This document shows positions 49,027-59,697 of a stretch of DNA of 64,000 nucleotides, in pieces. Origin of the DNA: an uncultured Actinomycetota bacterium (lineage in GTDB: Bacteria; Actinomycetota; Actinomycetes; JAFAQI01); assembly GCA_963770565.1 (NCBI GenBank), contig CAVYQE010000010.1, positions 32,001-96,000 of the forward strand, given 5' to 3'. Below the pieces are notes generated by a model. The model searched no databases and had not been told where the DNA came from. It was given only the letters and a program-made list of their open reading frames with translations. Positions within the stretch are counted from its first letter, which is position 1. Every line of letters begins with the position of its first letter. A program made the translations under genes and the position numbers.

Positions 49027-49769
49027 TGCCGGCCGGCAGTGATGGCCACGCTCCGATCGCGGTCGCGCTCGACACCGCTGACCTCGACACCGCGCTGGCC
49101 TGGGCGGGCGCGGTTGCTCCCCATGTCTCGTGCCTGAAGGTCGGCCTCGAGCTGTTCTGCGCACACGGGCTGGCCGCAGTCCAGCAGGTCCGCGACTGCT
49201 CCGGGCTGGACCTGTTCCTCGACCTCAAGCTCCACGACATCCCGGCCACAGTCGCCGGTGCCGCCCAAGCGCTGGCCGGGCTGGCGCCGACGTACCTCAC
49301 CGTTCACGCCGCCGGCGGCCCAGTGATGATCGCCGCTGCAGCGGACGCCGTGCCGCAGACCCGGATCGCCGGAGTCACCGTGCTGACCTCGCTCTCGGCG
49401 AGCCAGCTCGACCGGATCGGGCTGTCCGGCCCGCCGTCCGACGCGGTCGCCCGGCTGGCCCTCCTTGCGGTCGAGGCCGGGGCCAGGGCGCTGGTGTGCT
49501 CGCCGCAGGAAGTCGCCCAGGTCCGAGCGGCCGTCGGCGCCGGGATCACGCTGATCACCCCGGGTGTCCGTCCCGCCGGAACGGACGACGGCGACCAGGC
49601 GCGCACTGCCACCCCTCATCGCGCCCGTGCCGCCGGCGCCGATCTGCTGGTCATCGGACGGCCGATCACCGGGGCTGCTGATCCTGGTGAGGCGGCTGCG
49701 GCGATTGCTGCCTCGCTCGACTCGCCAATCGGTGCGGATCAGTTGCCTAACGCGCGGTCGGCTCGCTAG
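49026..49769 (+). CDS. pyrF: Orotidine-5'-phosphate decarboxylase
   Basis: VALD, KVGLELF, FLDLKLHDIPATV, VTVLTS, TPGVR, DQ.R, IGRPIT. Confidence 0.97.
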   Translation: MPAGSDGHAPIAVALDTADLDTALAWAGAVAPHVSCLKVGLELFCAHGLAAVQQVRDCSGLDLFLDLKLHDIPATVAGAAQALAGLAPTYLTVHAAGGPVMIAAAADAVPQTRIAGVTVLTSLSASQLDRIGLSGPPSDAVARLALLAVEAGARALVCSPQEVAQVRAAVGAGITLITPGVRPAGTDDGDQARTATPHRARAAGADLLVIGRPITGAADPGEAAAAIAASLDSPIGADQLPNARSAR

Positions 49770-49838
49770 GTTCGCCGCCACTGCGGCAATGAACCTGAGA
49801 CCACGTCAGGCCGATCCTGGACCAGAGGTGAACGCATC

Positions 49839-50180
49839 GTGCCGCTCCCGCCGTTGACCCGCGAGCAACGCAGTGCAGCACTGGCAAAGGCGACCGCGGC
49901 CCGCAAGGTCCGCGCCGCGCTGAGGGAGCGCCTCAAGCACTCGGGCGCAACCTTGAGCGAGGTCTTCGACGCCGGCGAGACCGACGAGGCGGTCGGCAAG
50001 ATGCGGGTGAGTGCCGTGCTCGAGTCGATGCCCGGCGTCGGAAAGGTTCGCGCCCAGCGAATCATGGAGAAGATCGGGATCTCCGCTACTCGACGGGTCC
50101 GAGGCCTCGGCGCCCATCAGCGCGCCGCACTGCAGCGCGAATTCGCCGCGGGTCCGACTGCGCCGCATGCCGGGGGTTAG
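49839..50180 (+). CDS. mihF: Actinobacterial integration host factor
   Basis: [40 protein letters not shown]...RRVRGLG. Confidence 0.95.
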   Translation: MPLPPLTREQRSAALAKATAARKVRAALRERLKHSGATLSEVFDAGETDEAVGKMRVSAVLESMPGVGKVRAQRIMEKIGISATRRVRGLGAHQRAALQREFAAGPTAPHAGG

Positions 50181-50736
50181 CCCGCGCCCCAATCGGCTCG
50201 CCGTACTCTCCGGGCCCGCCGGGGTCGGCAAGAGCACAGTGGTCGACCATCTGCGGCACAGCGAGCCCCGGATCTGGCACTCGGTCAGCGTGACCACCCG
50301 GCCGATGCGACCCGCAGAGGTCGACGGGGCGAGCTACTGGTTCGTCGACTCGGCCGAGTTCGCGGGCATGGTCGAGCGCGGTGAGCTGCTCGAGCACGCG
50401 GTGTACGCCGGCAACCTCTACGGCACGCCAAGGGCGGCCGTAGCTGAGCACCTCGCCGCAGGCGACCTGGTCCTGCTGGAGATCGAGATCCAGGGCGCCC
50501 GGCAGATCCGCGCGCTCGTGCCGGATGCGCTGCTGTTGTTCCTCAAGCCGCCGTCCTGGGATGAGCTCGAGCGTCGGCTGCGCGGTCGCGGGACCGAGGA
50601 CCCCGAGATCATCGAGCGCCGGCTGGCGCAGGCCAGGGTGGAGCTGGCGGCCGAGGACGAGTTCGACGCGGTGATCGAGGCCGGCTCGGTCGAGGCCGCC
50701 GCGGCCGAGATCGTGGCCCTCATGACCGGCTCGTGA
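50167..50736 (+). CDS. gmk: Guanylate kinase
   Basis: [45 protein letters not shown]. Confidence 0.96.
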   Translation: MPGVSPRPNRLAVLSGPAGVGKSTVVDHLRHSEPRIWHSVSVTTRPMRPAEVDGASYWFVDSAEFAGMVERGELLEHAVYAGNLYGTPRAAVAEHLAAGDLVLLEIEIQGARQIRALVPDALLLFLKPPSWDELERRLRGRGTEDPEIIERRLAQARVELAAEDEFDAVIEAGSVEAAAAEIVALMTGS

Positions 50737-50809
50737 GCCGGGCTCCGAGGCGGCGCGACTGGTAGCCTGGAGGCTCATCCGAAACAGCCCCGACGATGTG
50801 AGGCACGAC

Positions 50810-51073
50810 GTGTCCGGCACTGCCGCGCGACCTGAAGGCATCACCAACCCGCCGATCGACGAGTTGCTCGACAAGGTCGAGAGCAAGTACGCCCTGGTGA
50901 TCTACTCCGCCAAGCGGGCCCGCCAGATCAACGCCTACTACTCGCAGCTCGGCGAAGGGCTGCTCGAGTACGTCGGACCGCTCGTTCCCGCCCACGTGCA
51001 GGAGAAGCCCCTGTCGGTGGCGTTGCGCGAAGCGAACCAGGACCTGTTGACCTTCGAGCAGGTCGAGGTCTAA
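50810..51073 (+). CDS. rpoZ: RNA polymerase omega subunit
   Basis: [41 protein letters not shown]. Confidence 0.97.
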   Translation: MSGTAARPEGITNPPIDELLDKVESKYALVIYSAKRARQINAYYSQLGEGLLEYVGPLVPAHVQEKPLSVALREANQDLLTFEQVEV

Positions 51074-51099
51074 CCGCCTCCAGCCAGAGCAGGGCGCTG

Positions 51100-52317
51100 A
51101 TGACACCAGAGCAAGGCGTTCGGCCCCGGGTCGTTCTCGGTGTGTGCGGCGGCATCGCGGCGTACAAGGCGTGCGAACTGCTACGCCAGTTCACCGAGTC
51201 CGGGCACGACGTCCGGGTGATCCCCACCGAGTCGGCCACCAGGTTCGTCGGCGAGGCGACGTGGGCCGCGCTGTCCGGCAACCCGGTGACGACCGACGTC
51301 TGGACCGACGCGCACGAGGTGCCGCACGTGACGATCGGCCGCCAGGCCGACCTGGTGGTCGTGGCGCCGGCCACCGCCGACCTGCTCGCGCGGATGGCGA
51401 TCGGGCGCGCCGACGACCTGCTGACCGCCACCCTGCTCACCGCCACCTGTCCGGTCGTGGTCGCGCCCGCTATGCACACCGAGATGTGGGAGCACGCCGC
51501 GACCCGCGCCAATGTCGCGACGCTGCGCGAGCGCGGGATCGTCGTGCTCGATCCGGCCGTGGGGCGGCTGACCGGCGCGGACAGCGGCATCGGCCGGCTG
51601 CCCGAACCGGCCGAGATCTTCGCGGTCGCGCGGTTGGTGCTCGCCCGGGGCAATGTGCCACTGGATCTCGCCGGGCGGCACGTGGTGATCTCGGCCGGTG
51701 GCACCCGGGAGCCGATCGACCCGGTGCGCTTCCTCGGCAACCGGTCGAGCGGGCGACAGGGTTACGCGCTGGCCCGCGCTGCGTTGGCTCGTGGCGCGGA
51801 GGTCACCGTCGTCGCCGCTAATACGGCGCTGCCGGACCCGGCGGGGGCCAAGCTGGTGCGGGTCCGTACGGCCGAAGAGCTTCGGCATGCCGTCCTCGAG
51901 GCCGCGGCCAGTGCGGACGCGGTCGTGATGGCGGCCGCCGTCGCCGACTTCCGGCCGGTCACCAAGGCGGCCTCGAAGCTGAAGAAGACCACGTCCGACC
52001 CCGAGCCGTTGGCGCTGACCCGCAACCCCGACATCCTCGCCGAGCTGTCGGCGGATCGCCGCCGTGCGGGCCAGGTCGTCGTCGGCTTCGCCGCCGAGAC
52101 CGACGATGTGCTCGCCAACGGCGCGCTCAAGCTGGCCGCCAAGGGATGCGACCTGATGGTGGTCAACGAGGTGGGCGAGCACCGCACATTCGACGCCGAG
52201 GAGAACTCTGCGGTCATCCTGGCCGCGGACGGCAGTTCGACCGTCGTACCGGTCGGGAGCAAAGAGGCGCTTGGACACGCCGTGTGGGACCTGGTCGTTG
52301 CCCGGCTTCCCCAGTAG
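51100..52317 (+). CDS. coaBC: Phosphopantothenoylcysteine decarboxylase/ligase
   Basis: GGIAAYK, APATAD, PAMHTEMW, GGTREPIDPVRFLGNRSSG.QG, AAVADFRP, GFAAET. Confidence 0.97.
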   Translation: MTPEQGVRPRVVLGVCGGIAAYKACELLRQFTESGHDVRVIPTESATRFVGEATWAALSGNPVTTDVWTDAHEVPHVTIGRQADLVVVAPATADLLARMAIGRADDLLTATLLTATCPVVVAPAMHTEMWEHAATRANVATLRERGIVVLDPAVGRLTGADSGIGRLPEPAEIFAVARLVLARGNVPLDLAGRHVVISAGGTREPIDPVRFLGNRSSGRQGYALARAALARGAEVTVVAANTALPDPAGAKLVRVRTAEELRHAVLEAAASADAVVMAAAVADFRPVTKAASKLKKTTSDPEPLALTRNPDILAELSADRRRAGQVVVGFAAETDDVLANGALKLAAKGCDLMVVNEVGEHRTFDAEENSAVILAADGSSTVVPVGSKEALGHAVWDLVVARLPQ

Positions 52318-52333
52318 GTCGAATCCGGTCGAC

Positions 52334-52900
52334 GTGCCGACCGTGTTCCCGCTCGATCTCGGCGATGGCGTGCAGTTGTCGGCCACGACCGCGGCGGACG
52401 CGAGCGAGGCCTTCGCGGTCGTCGACGCCGAGCGGCACCGCCTGCGGGAGTGGCTGCCCTGGGTCGACGACACCGTGGACGTCGAGACCGAACGCTCCTT
52501 CCTGACCTCGATCGAGCAGGTCAATGCGACCGGCACCGGCGTGCACGCGACGATTCGGTGCGACGGCGAGCTGGCCGGCTTGGTCGGGCTTCGGCTCGAC
52601 GGGCTCCATGCGTGCGCCGAGGTCGGGTACTGGCTCGGCGAGCGTTGGGTCGGACGGGGGGTCATGACCCGCGCGGTCGCCGCGATGATCGACCTGGCCT
52701 TCCGCGACCTGGGAATCCACCGGGTCGAGCTGCTCGCGGCCACCGAGAACGTCCGCAGCCGGGCGATCGCGGAGCGGCTGGGAATGACCCTCGAAGGGGT
52801 CCGACGCGAGGCCGAGGAGCTCCCGCACGGGTTCGTCGACCTTGCGATGTATTCGATCCTGGCCCAGGACTGGCCAGACCGAGGCGCGCCAACCATCTAG
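52334..52900 (+). CDS. RimJ/RimL-family GNAT acetyltransferase
   Basis: R..LREWLPW, AEVGYWL....GRGVMT, N..SRAIAERLG..LEG..R. Confidence 0.9.
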   Translation: MPTVFPLDLGDGVQLSATTAADASEAFAVVDAERHRLREWLPWVDDTVDVETERSFLTSIEQVNATGTGVHATIRCDGELAGLVGLRLDGLHACAEVGYWLGERWVGRGVMTRAVAAMIDLAFRDLGIHRVELLAATENVRSRAIAERLGMTLEGVRREAEELPHGFVDLAMYSILAQDWPDRGAPTI

Positions 52901-52957
52901 ACTTTCCGCCAGGCCAGCCGGCGTGATGAGACCGGTTGCATTCATGAGGAGTTGTGC

Positions 52958-54154
52958 GTGTCGCATCGTCTTTTCACCTCGGAGTCGGTCACCGAGGGTC
53001 ATCCGGACAAGATCGCTGACCAGATCAGCGACACGATCCTCGACGCGATGATCAAGGACGACCCCTCCAGCCGGGTGGCGGTCGAGACCTTGATCACGAC
53101 CGGCCAGGTCCACATTGCCGGCGAGGTGAAGACCGACACCTATGTCGACATCCCGATGCTGGTGCGCGAGACCATCCTCGGCATCGGCTACGACTCCTCC
53201 CGCAAGGGTTTCGACGGCGAGTCGTGCGGCGTGAGCGTGTCGATCGGTAGCCAGTCCAAGGACATCGCGCAAGGCGTCGACGACGCCTACGAGCACCGGG
53301 TCGGCAAGGACACCCCTGACCCGCTCGACCGCCAGGGCGCCGGCGACCAGGGCTTGATGTTCGGCTACGCCTGTGACGACACCCCGGAGCTGATGCCGCT
53401 GCCGATCGCCCTGGCGCACCGGCTGGCCCGGCGGCTCTCCGCCGTACGCAAGAGCGGCCTGGTGCCCTACCTGCGCCCGGACGGCAAGACCCAGGTGACG
53501 ATCGAGTACGCCGAGAACAAGCCGGTCCGGCTCGACACCGTGGTCGTGTCCAGCCAGCACGCCGCCGACATCGACATCGACACACTGCTCGCTCCCGACA
53601 TCCAGGAGCACGTCGTCACCCCCGAGCTCGCCGACCTCGGCATCGACGTCTCGGCGTACCGCCTGCTCGTCAACCCGACCGGCCGGTTCGAGATCGGCGG
53701 CCCGATGGGTGACGCCGGGCTCACCGGGCGCAAGATCATCGTCGACAGCTACGGCGGCATGGCCCGCCATGGCGGCGGCGCGTTCAGCGGCAAGGACCCG
53801 TCGAAGGTCGACCGCTCGGGTGCATACGCGATGCGCTGGGTGGCGAAGAACGTCGTCGCCGCCGGGCTGGCGTCGCGCTGCGAGGTGCAGGTCGCGTACG
53901 CGATCGGCAAGGCCCGGCCGGTCGGAACCTTCGTCGACACGTTCGGGACCGGGGTCGTGTCGGACGAGAAGATCCAGGACGCGATCCATGCGGTGTTCGA
54001 CCTGCGGCCGGCCGCGATCATTCGCGACCTCGACCTGCTGCGGCCGATCTACACCCAGACCGCGGCGTACGGGCACTTCGGTCGGCCCGAGCTGGACTTC
54101 ACCTGGGAGTCGACTGCGCGCGTCGATTCTCTTCGGGCCGCTGCGTTGGGCTGA
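52958..54154 (+). CDS. metK: S-adenosylmethionine synthetase
   Basis: [43 protein letters not shown]. Confidence 0.99.
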   Translation: MSHRLFTSESVTEGHPDKIADQISDTILDAMIKDDPSSRVAVETLITTGQVHIAGEVKTDTYVDIPMLVRETILGIGYDSSRKGFDGESCGVSVSIGSQSKDIAQGVDDAYEHRVGKDTPDPLDRQGAGDQGLMFGYACDDTPELMPLPIALAHRLARRLSAVRKSGLVPYLRPDGKTQVTIEYAENKPVRLDTVVVSSQHAADIDIDTLLAPDIQEHVVTPELADLGIDVSAYRLLVNPTGRFEIGGPMGDAGLTGRKIIVDSYGGMARHGGGAFSGKDPSKVDRSGAYAMRWVAKNVVAAGLASRCEVQVAYAIGKARPVGTFVDTFGTGVVSDEKIQDAIHAVFDLRPAAIIRDLDLLRPIYTQTAAYGHFGRPELDFTWESTARVDSLRAAALG

Positions 54155-54485
54155 GCCCACCGCTGCGCAAACACGGCTCGACGGGCTCGCCTAGGTTTGC
54201 TCCGCGGCGAGCCCAGCCCGCCTGTGCTCGCCCAAACGTGAATCTCTTGCGCTTGTCGACTGACATTGCGGTGGTGCATGTGGTCTCGTGCGCTGGGCGG
54301 GGTCGGTGCTACCGGCTCACCTCGGGTTGCTCCGCGACGGGCGCAGCCCGGCTGCACTGGCCTAAGCGAACCGCTCCACAAACACGGCTCGACCGGCTCG
54401 CCTAGGTTTGTTCCGCGGCCCGCTCAGGCCAGTACGGTGCGCTCCAACGGCCGTCTCTTGCGCTTGTCGACGGGCATCGCTGGTA
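54151..54485. repeat. Imperfect direct repeats in the metK-priA intergenic region
   Basis: Two ~120-bp copies offset by 211 bp (CAAACACGGCTCGAC.GGCTCGCCTAGGTTTG.TCCGCGGC at 54168 and 54379; TCTCTTGCGCTTGTCGAC at 54243 and 54454) plus a degenerate ~50-bp core at 54311. Confidence 0.8.
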
Positions 54486-54495
54486 GACCGGTGGC

Positions 54496-56505
54496 GTGAG
54501 TGCGGGCGGGGCGGGACCGCGGGGCAAACGACCGCGCAAGGTTGCGGCGCCTCGGGTGCCTGCGGACGAGCGGCCGATCGCCCGGCTGGCAGTGGATGTG
54601 TCGCTTTCACATCTGGACCGCCCGTTCGACTATCTAGTCACCGAGCCGCAGTCGGCGGCCGCCCAACCTGGGGTGCGGGTGCGGGTGCGGTTCGCCGGCC
54701 AGCTGGTCGACGGGATCGTGCTCGAGCGCCTCGCCGAGACCGAGCACGGCGGGCGGCTGTCGTACGTCGAGCGGGTACTCGGCGAAGAGCCGGTGTTGTC
54801 GGGCGAGATCGCGGCGCTCGGCCGCGAGGTGGCCGATCGATGGGCCGGCACCTTTGCCGACGTCGTCCGGCTGGCCGTGCCGCCGCGCAACGCCGGCGCC
54901 GAACGCGGAACGAGACAGCCGCTGTTGCCGGCCCCGCCACCTCCGTCGTCGGAGGCCCTCGATCGGTACGTCGGCGGCGCCGACCTGCTGGCCGAGCTGG
55001 CAGCCGGCCGGCCGCGGCGGGTGTGGGCGGTCCTGCCCGGCGACTGGCCCGGCGAGGTTGCGGCAGCGGTAGCGGCCACCGCCGCGGCGGGGCGCGGGGT
55101 CGTCGTGGTGGTGCCGGACGTTCGCGACGTCGCGCGGGTCGACGCCGCCCTGGTGGCGGCGATCGGGAAGGGTCACCACCTGGCCCTGACCGCCGACCTC
55201 GGTCCGGCCGAGCGCTACCGGCGGTTCCTGGCGATCAGCCGCGGCGATGTCCGGGTTGTGGTCGGAACCCGGGCCGCAGTGTGGGCGCCGGTGCACGAGC
55301 TCGGCTTGGTCGTCGTCTGGGACGACGGCGACGATCTTCATGCCGAGCCGAGGGCGCCGTACTGCCATGCCCGCGAGGTCGGGGTGCTGCGCGCGCACCG
55401 AGCCGAGGCCGGGCTGCTGCTCGCCGGGCACGCGGTCACGGCCGAAGGAGCGCTGCTGGTCGAGTCCGGCTGGGCCGGCGGGCTCGACCCGACCGAGCCG
55501 GCTCGGCGCCGGGACCTGCCGGTGGTCCGCGCGGCCGGCGGCGACGAGGAGCTGGCGGATGACCCGGCGGCGCGGGCGGCGCGGCTCCCGACCTTGGCCT
55601 GGCGGACCGCGCACAGCGGTCTCGCGGCCGGGCCGGTGCTCGTACAGGTGCCACGGCGCGGTTATCAGCCGGGCTTGGCCTGTGCGGCCTGCCGCACACC
55701 GGCCCGATGCACCAACTGCGCCGGACCGCTGGCGAGACCGGGCCCCGACCGCGCCCCGGTATGTCGCTGGTGCGGGGTGGCCGCGACCGCGTGGCGGTGC
55801 GGGGTGTGCGGCAAGGGAGAGCTAAGGGCGGTGGTGGTCGGCGTACGACGGACCGCCGAGGAGCTCGGCCGGGCCTTTCCCGGTGTCCCGGTCAAGACCT
55901 CGGGCGGTGGCACCGTGCTCGACCGGGTCGACGCCCGGCCGGCGTTGGTGATCGCGACGCCGGGGGCGGAGCCGATCGCGACCGGCGGGTACGCCGCCGC
56001 CGTGCTGCTCGACGGCTGGATGCTGCTGTCGCGACCCGACCTGCGCGCGGGCGAGGAGGCGCTGCGCCGCTGGCTGGTGGCTGCCGCCCTCGTCCGCGGC
56101 GGCGACGGACGGGTCGTCGTGGTCGCGCCGGGGGAGCTGCGGCCGGTACAGGCGCTGGTGCGGTGGCAGCCGCGCTGGCATGCCGAGCGCGAGCTCGACG
56201 ATCGCCGTGCGCTGCACCTGCCCCCGGCCGGCCGGATGGCCGCACTCACCGGGTCGCCGAGCGCCGTGGCGGACTTCCTGGCCGGGCTCGAGCTGCCGCC
56301 GGCCGCCGAGGTCCTCGGGCCGGTCCCAGTCGTCAGCCGGTCGCCCCGGGCCGACGATGGGCTCGAGGAGCGAATGCTGGTGCGGGTGCCGCGACCCCAA
56401 GGGGCGGCACTCGCGGCCGCACTGAAGGCGACCCAGGCCGGACGCAGCGCGCGCAAGGCCGATGGCGTGGTGCGGGTCGAGGTCGATCCGGTCGTGCTCG
56501 GCTGA
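54496..56505 (+). CDS. priA: Primosomal protein N' (actinobacterial type, degenerate helicase motifs)
   Basis: HLDRPFDY, PGVRVRV.F, VVGTR.A..AP, LVQVPRRGY, four CxxC pairs, RTAEELGRAFP, VDP end. Confidence 0.95.
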   Translation: MSAGGAGPRGKRPRKVAAPRVPADERPIARLAVDVSLSHLDRPFDYLVTEPQSAAAQPGVRVRVRFAGQLVDGIVLERLAETEHGGRLSYVERVLGEEPVLSGEIAALGREVADRWAGTFADVVRLAVPPRNAGAERGTRQPLLPAPPPPSSEALDRYVGGADLLAELAAGRPRRVWAVLPGDWPGEVAAAVAATAAAGRGVVVVVPDVRDVARVDAALVAAIGKGHHLALTADLGPAERYRRFLAISRGDVRVVVGTRAAVWAPVHELGLVVVWDDGDDLHAEPRAPYCHAREVGVLRAHRAEAGLLLAGHAVTAEGALLVESGWAGGLDPTEPARRRDLPVVRAAGGDEELADDPAARAARLPTLAWRTAHSGLAAGPVLVQVPRRGYQPGLACAACRTPARCTNCAGPLARPGPDRAPVCRWCGVAATAWRCGVCGKGELRAVVVGVRRTAEELGRAFPGVPVKTSGGGTVLDRVDARPALVIATPGAEPIATGGYAAAVLLDGWMLLSRPDLRAGEEALRRWLVAAALVRGGDGRVVVVAPGELRPVQALVRWQPRWHAERELDDRRALHLPPAGRMAALTGSPSAVADFLAGLELPPAAEVLGPVPVVSRSPRADDGLEERMLVRVPRPQGAALAAALKATQAGRSARKADGVVRVEVDPVVLG

Positions 56506-56526
56506 GGCCCTCGCGACCGGTGCGGC

Positions 56527-59025
56527 TCAGTCCGCGGCGAGGATCCGCAACCGCTTCGGGTCGTAGAGCGGCGGGATCTGCAGCCGGGCCGGGACCAGGC
56601 CACCAGGAGTGTGCAGCGCGAACCCGCCGTCGGCGAGCCAGTCACCGGTGACGCCGTCTTCATGGTGGACCTGGACCAGGCCGACCGGGCCGCCGAGGGT
56701 GTGCCCGAACGCCGCCGCTCGGACGTAGCCGACCCAGTCGCCGTGGTGCAGCAGCGGCTCGTTGCCGAACAGGTCCACGTCCGGGTCGTCGACGATCAGA
56801 CTCACCACCCGGTCGCTGGGCGGTCCTTGTTCCTTGGCGGCGAGCAGCGCCTCGCGGCCGACGAAGCCGTCCGGCTTGTCCCACGAGATGGTGAAGCCGA
56901 GGCCGGCCCCGAGCGGGGTGTCGGTGTTGTCGATGTCGACACCCATGTCGCGATAGCCCTTCTCCAGTCGCAGGCTGTTCATCGCGGCCAGGCCGACCGG
57001 GCGGAATCCGAGGTCGACACCCATCGAGCACAGATCGTCGTACACCCCGGTGGCGTACTCGGTCGGGACGTGCAACTCCCAGCCGAGCTCACCGACGTAG
57101 GTGACCCGGGCCGCGAGCGCCGGGGCGTAGCCGACGTGAATCTGCCGCACGGTGAGGTACGGGAAGGCGTCGTTCGACAGGTCGGCGTCGGAGAGCCGGC
57201 CGATCAGCTCGCGCGAGAGCGGGCCCTGGACCGACAGCAACGTCACCGCGGAGGTGATGTCGGTCACCACGACGACCTCGTCCGGGCGGGTCTGCCGCCG
57301 GATCAGCGGCTCGACCCGGCGGTGGATGACGTCGCTCGCCACCACCAGGAACCGGTCCTCGCCGAGCCGGGTAACCGTGAGGTCGGCCATGATCCCACCG
57401 TGCGGGTCGAGCCATTGGGTATAGACCAGCCGCCCGATCTCGCGGTCGATGTCACTTGTGCTGAGCCGGTTGAGCACCGCCAGCGCGCCGGGACCCTGGA
57501 CCATGAGCTTCGCCATCAGGCTCATGTCGAGCATGCCGACCGCCTCGCGAACGGTTCGGTGCTCCTCGGCGACAATGCCGAACGAGTCCTGCCGGGTGAA
57601 GGTCAGCCGCGACTCGGGGTGCTCGGCATCGACGTCGTACCACTCGGCGAACTCCCAGCCCATCGAGACGTTGAAGTGCCCGCCCTGCGCGACCAGCCGG
57701 TCGTGCAGTACCGAGCGGCGCACGTCGCGGGCAGTGGCCGGCTTCCAGTTGGGCCACACCGCGTCGCCGAACAGCACGCCGAGTTGCTCGACCGTCCGCT
57801 CCGCGCGGAACCGGCGTGAGGTCTCGTGCAACGCGGCGCGATCCACGGCATAGCCGGTGATGTCGACCGGGGGTACGCCGTCGACGATCCACTGGGCCAT
57901 CACGTTGCCGACCCCACCGCCGAGCAGGATGCCGAGCGAGTTGAGGCCCGCGGCGACGAAGTAGCCGTCGAGCTCCGGAGCCGGCCCGAGCATCGGATGC
58001 ACGTCGGGAGTGAACGACTCCGGCCCGCAGAAGAAGGTCCGCACCCCGATATCGGCCAGCGACGGGATCCGGTCGAGGGCCGGGCCGAGGAACTGGCTCA
58101 TCCGGTCCCAGTCGGGCGGGAGGGTGGTGAACGATGCGTCGCCGGGGACGCCGTCGAGCGACCACGGTGCGGCGATCGGCTCGAACAGCCCGACCAGCAT
58201 GCCGTCGCCCTCGGGCCGGTAGTAGCCGTAGCGATCGGGGTCCTCGATCACCGCGAGGTCGCGGTCCATGCCGGGGACGGCGTCGGTGAGCAGGTAATAG
58301 TGCTCGGCGGCCTGAAGCGGGATCGTGACGCCGTTGCGGGCGCCGAGCTGGCGCGCCCACATCCCGGCCGCGTTCACGACGATCTCGGTCTCGATCCGGC
58401 CATGGTCGGTGCGGACGCCGGTCACCCGGGTGCCGTGGGTTTCCACCCGCTCGACGCTGACTCCCTGGACGATCTTCACGCCCAGCGCCGACGCGCCCTT
58501 CGACAGCGAGGTCGCGACGCCGACCGGGTCGGCCCGGCCTTCGTCGGCCACCAGGAAGCCGGCCAGCACGTCGGAGACATCGAGCAATGGCCACATCGCG
58601 GCCAGCTCGGCGGCCGAGATCTCCTCGTCCGGCACCCCGAACCCGCGGACGAACTCCGACTCCCGTCGCAGCGCGTCGAGGCGCTGCGGGTTGGTGGCGA
58701 TGCTGACGTGCCCGACCGGCCGGAAGCCGGTCGAGTGACCAGTCTCCGCCTCGAGTCGCGAATACAGATCCCGCGAGTAGCGGCTCATGAACAGCGCGGT
58801 CTCGTCGGTCATGCCGGCGCAGGTGATCAGTCCCGCGGCGTGCCAGGTGGTGCCTGCGGTGAGGGCATCGCGCTCGACCAGGACGACGTCCCGCCAGCCC
58901 AGGTGGGCGAGGTGGTAGGCGATGCTGCAGCCGATCACGCCGCCGCCGATGATCACGACTCGGGCGCGGTCCGGCAGCGCGGTCGTGCGGGGCGCGGGGT
59001 TCGTCTCACCGCTGCTGTCGGTCAC
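56527..59025 (-). CDS. GcvT-family FAD-dependent oxidoreductase (dimethylglycine/sarcosine dehydrogenase-like)
   Basis: IIGGGVIG FAD motif, GTTWHAAG, GPESFTPD, TYVGELGWELH, SLRLEKGY, LYDP. Confidence 0.93.
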   Translation of the reverse strand: MTDSSGETNPAPRTTALPDRARVVIIGGGVIGCSIAYHLAHLGWRDVVLVERDALTAGTTWHAAGLITCAGMTDETALFMSRYSRDLYSRLEAETGHSTGFRPVGHVSIATNPQRLDALRRESEFVRGFGVPDEEISAAELAAMWPLLDVSDVLAGFLVADEGRADPVGVATSLSKGASALGVKIVQGVSVERVETHGTRVTGVRTDHGRIETEIVVNAAGMWARQLGARNGVTIPLQAAEHYYLLTDAVPGMDRDLAVIEDPDRYGYYRPEGDGMLVGLFEPIAAPWSLDGVPGDASFTTLPPDWDRMSQFLGPALDRIPSLADIGVRTFFCGPESFTPDVHPMLGPAPELDGYFVAAGLNSLGILLGGGVGNVMAQWIVDGVPPVDITGYAVDRAALHETSRRFRAERTVEQLGVLFGDAVWPNWKPATARDVRRSVLHDRLVAQGGHFNVSMGWEFAEWYDVDAEHPESRLTFTRQDSFGIVAEEHRTVREAVGMLDMSLMAKLMVQGPGALAVLNRLSTSDIDREIGRLVYTQWLDPHGGIMADLTVTRLGEDRFLVVASDVIHRRVEPLIRRQTRPDEVVVVTDITSAVTLLSVQGPLSRELIGRLSDADLSNDAFPYLTVRQIHVGYAPALAARVTYVGELGWELHVPTEYATGVYDDLCSMGVDLGFRPVGLAAMNSLRLEKGYRDMGVDIDNTDTPLGAGLGFTISWDKPDGFVGREALLAAKEQGPPSDRVVSLIVDDPDVDLFGNEPLLHHGDWVGYVRAAAFGHTLGGPVGLVQVHHEDGVTGDWLADGGFALHTPGGLVPARLQIPPLYDPKRLRILAAD

Positions 59026-59160
59026 AGATCCTCGCAATCGCGTCCCGTGCCGACTCCGCTGTCGACGCTCGGCGATAGGAGTCTCACTGCTGCGCAGCGT
59101 GCTTGTCGAGGCGGCCCCCACGATCCCGGCTTGATCCCGGCCCCGGCCGGCACCGATGCT

Positions 59161-59622
59161 GTGCAGGTGCGACCCACTCTGTACGAGTACGCCGGGGGTG
59201 ACTCGGCATTCCTCAGGTTGGCCGCGGCGCACCACGCGCGTTGTCTCGCCGATCCGGAGCTCAATCACCCGTTCTCCCATCCCGGTCAGAACCCGCAGCA
59301 CGTCGAGCGGCTGGCGGCGTACTGGGCCGAGGTGCTCGGCGGTCCCGCGACCTATTCGGCGGAGTGCGGCAACCAGACCGACCTGCTTGTCATGCACTGT
59401 GGCAACGGCGACATGAGCGACCTCGCCCGCCGGTTCGTCGACTGTTTCGTCGGGTCGGCCGACGATGCCGGGCTGCCGGATGACCCCGAGTTCCGGGCCG
59501 CCCTGCGCGCCTACATGGAGTGGGCGGTCGGCGAGTTCACCAGCCACCCGGACGGCTCGGGCGACGTACCGAGCGGAGCCCCGATCCCGCACTGGGGCTG
59601 GGACGGTCGGCAGGACCACTGA
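59161..59622 (+). CDS. Group II-like truncated hemoglobin
   Basis: TLYEYAGG, DP.L..PF, H..RL..YW.EVLGGP..YS, proximal His (VMHC); start 59161 or 59167. Confidence 0.82.
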   Translation: MQVRPTLYEYAGGDSAFLRLAAAHHARCLADPELNHPFSHPGQNPQHVERLAAYWAEVLGGPATYSAECGNQTDLLVMHCGNGDMSDLARRFVDCFVGSADDAGLPDDPEFRAALRAYMEWAVGEFTSHPDGSGDVPSGAPIPHWGWDGRQDH

Positions 59623-59697
59623 CTGTCACGGACGCTCGGGTCCGGTCCAGCTCGACTTACGATGGCGGGTCGGCCGGAGTCCTTGAGGAGCAGTGAA

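Noticed and set aside
54151-54485. CRISPR array or SAM riboswitch
   Set aside because: Only 2-3 imperfect, unevenly spaced copies, no cas genes, and it lies downstream of metK without SAM-I/IV core motifs
59026-59619. 1030-aa version of the GcvT-family ORF and 598-aa ORF 57826-59622 (+)
   Set aside because: The extensions are antisense shadows of each other; real genes are 56527-59025 (-) and 59161-59622 (+)
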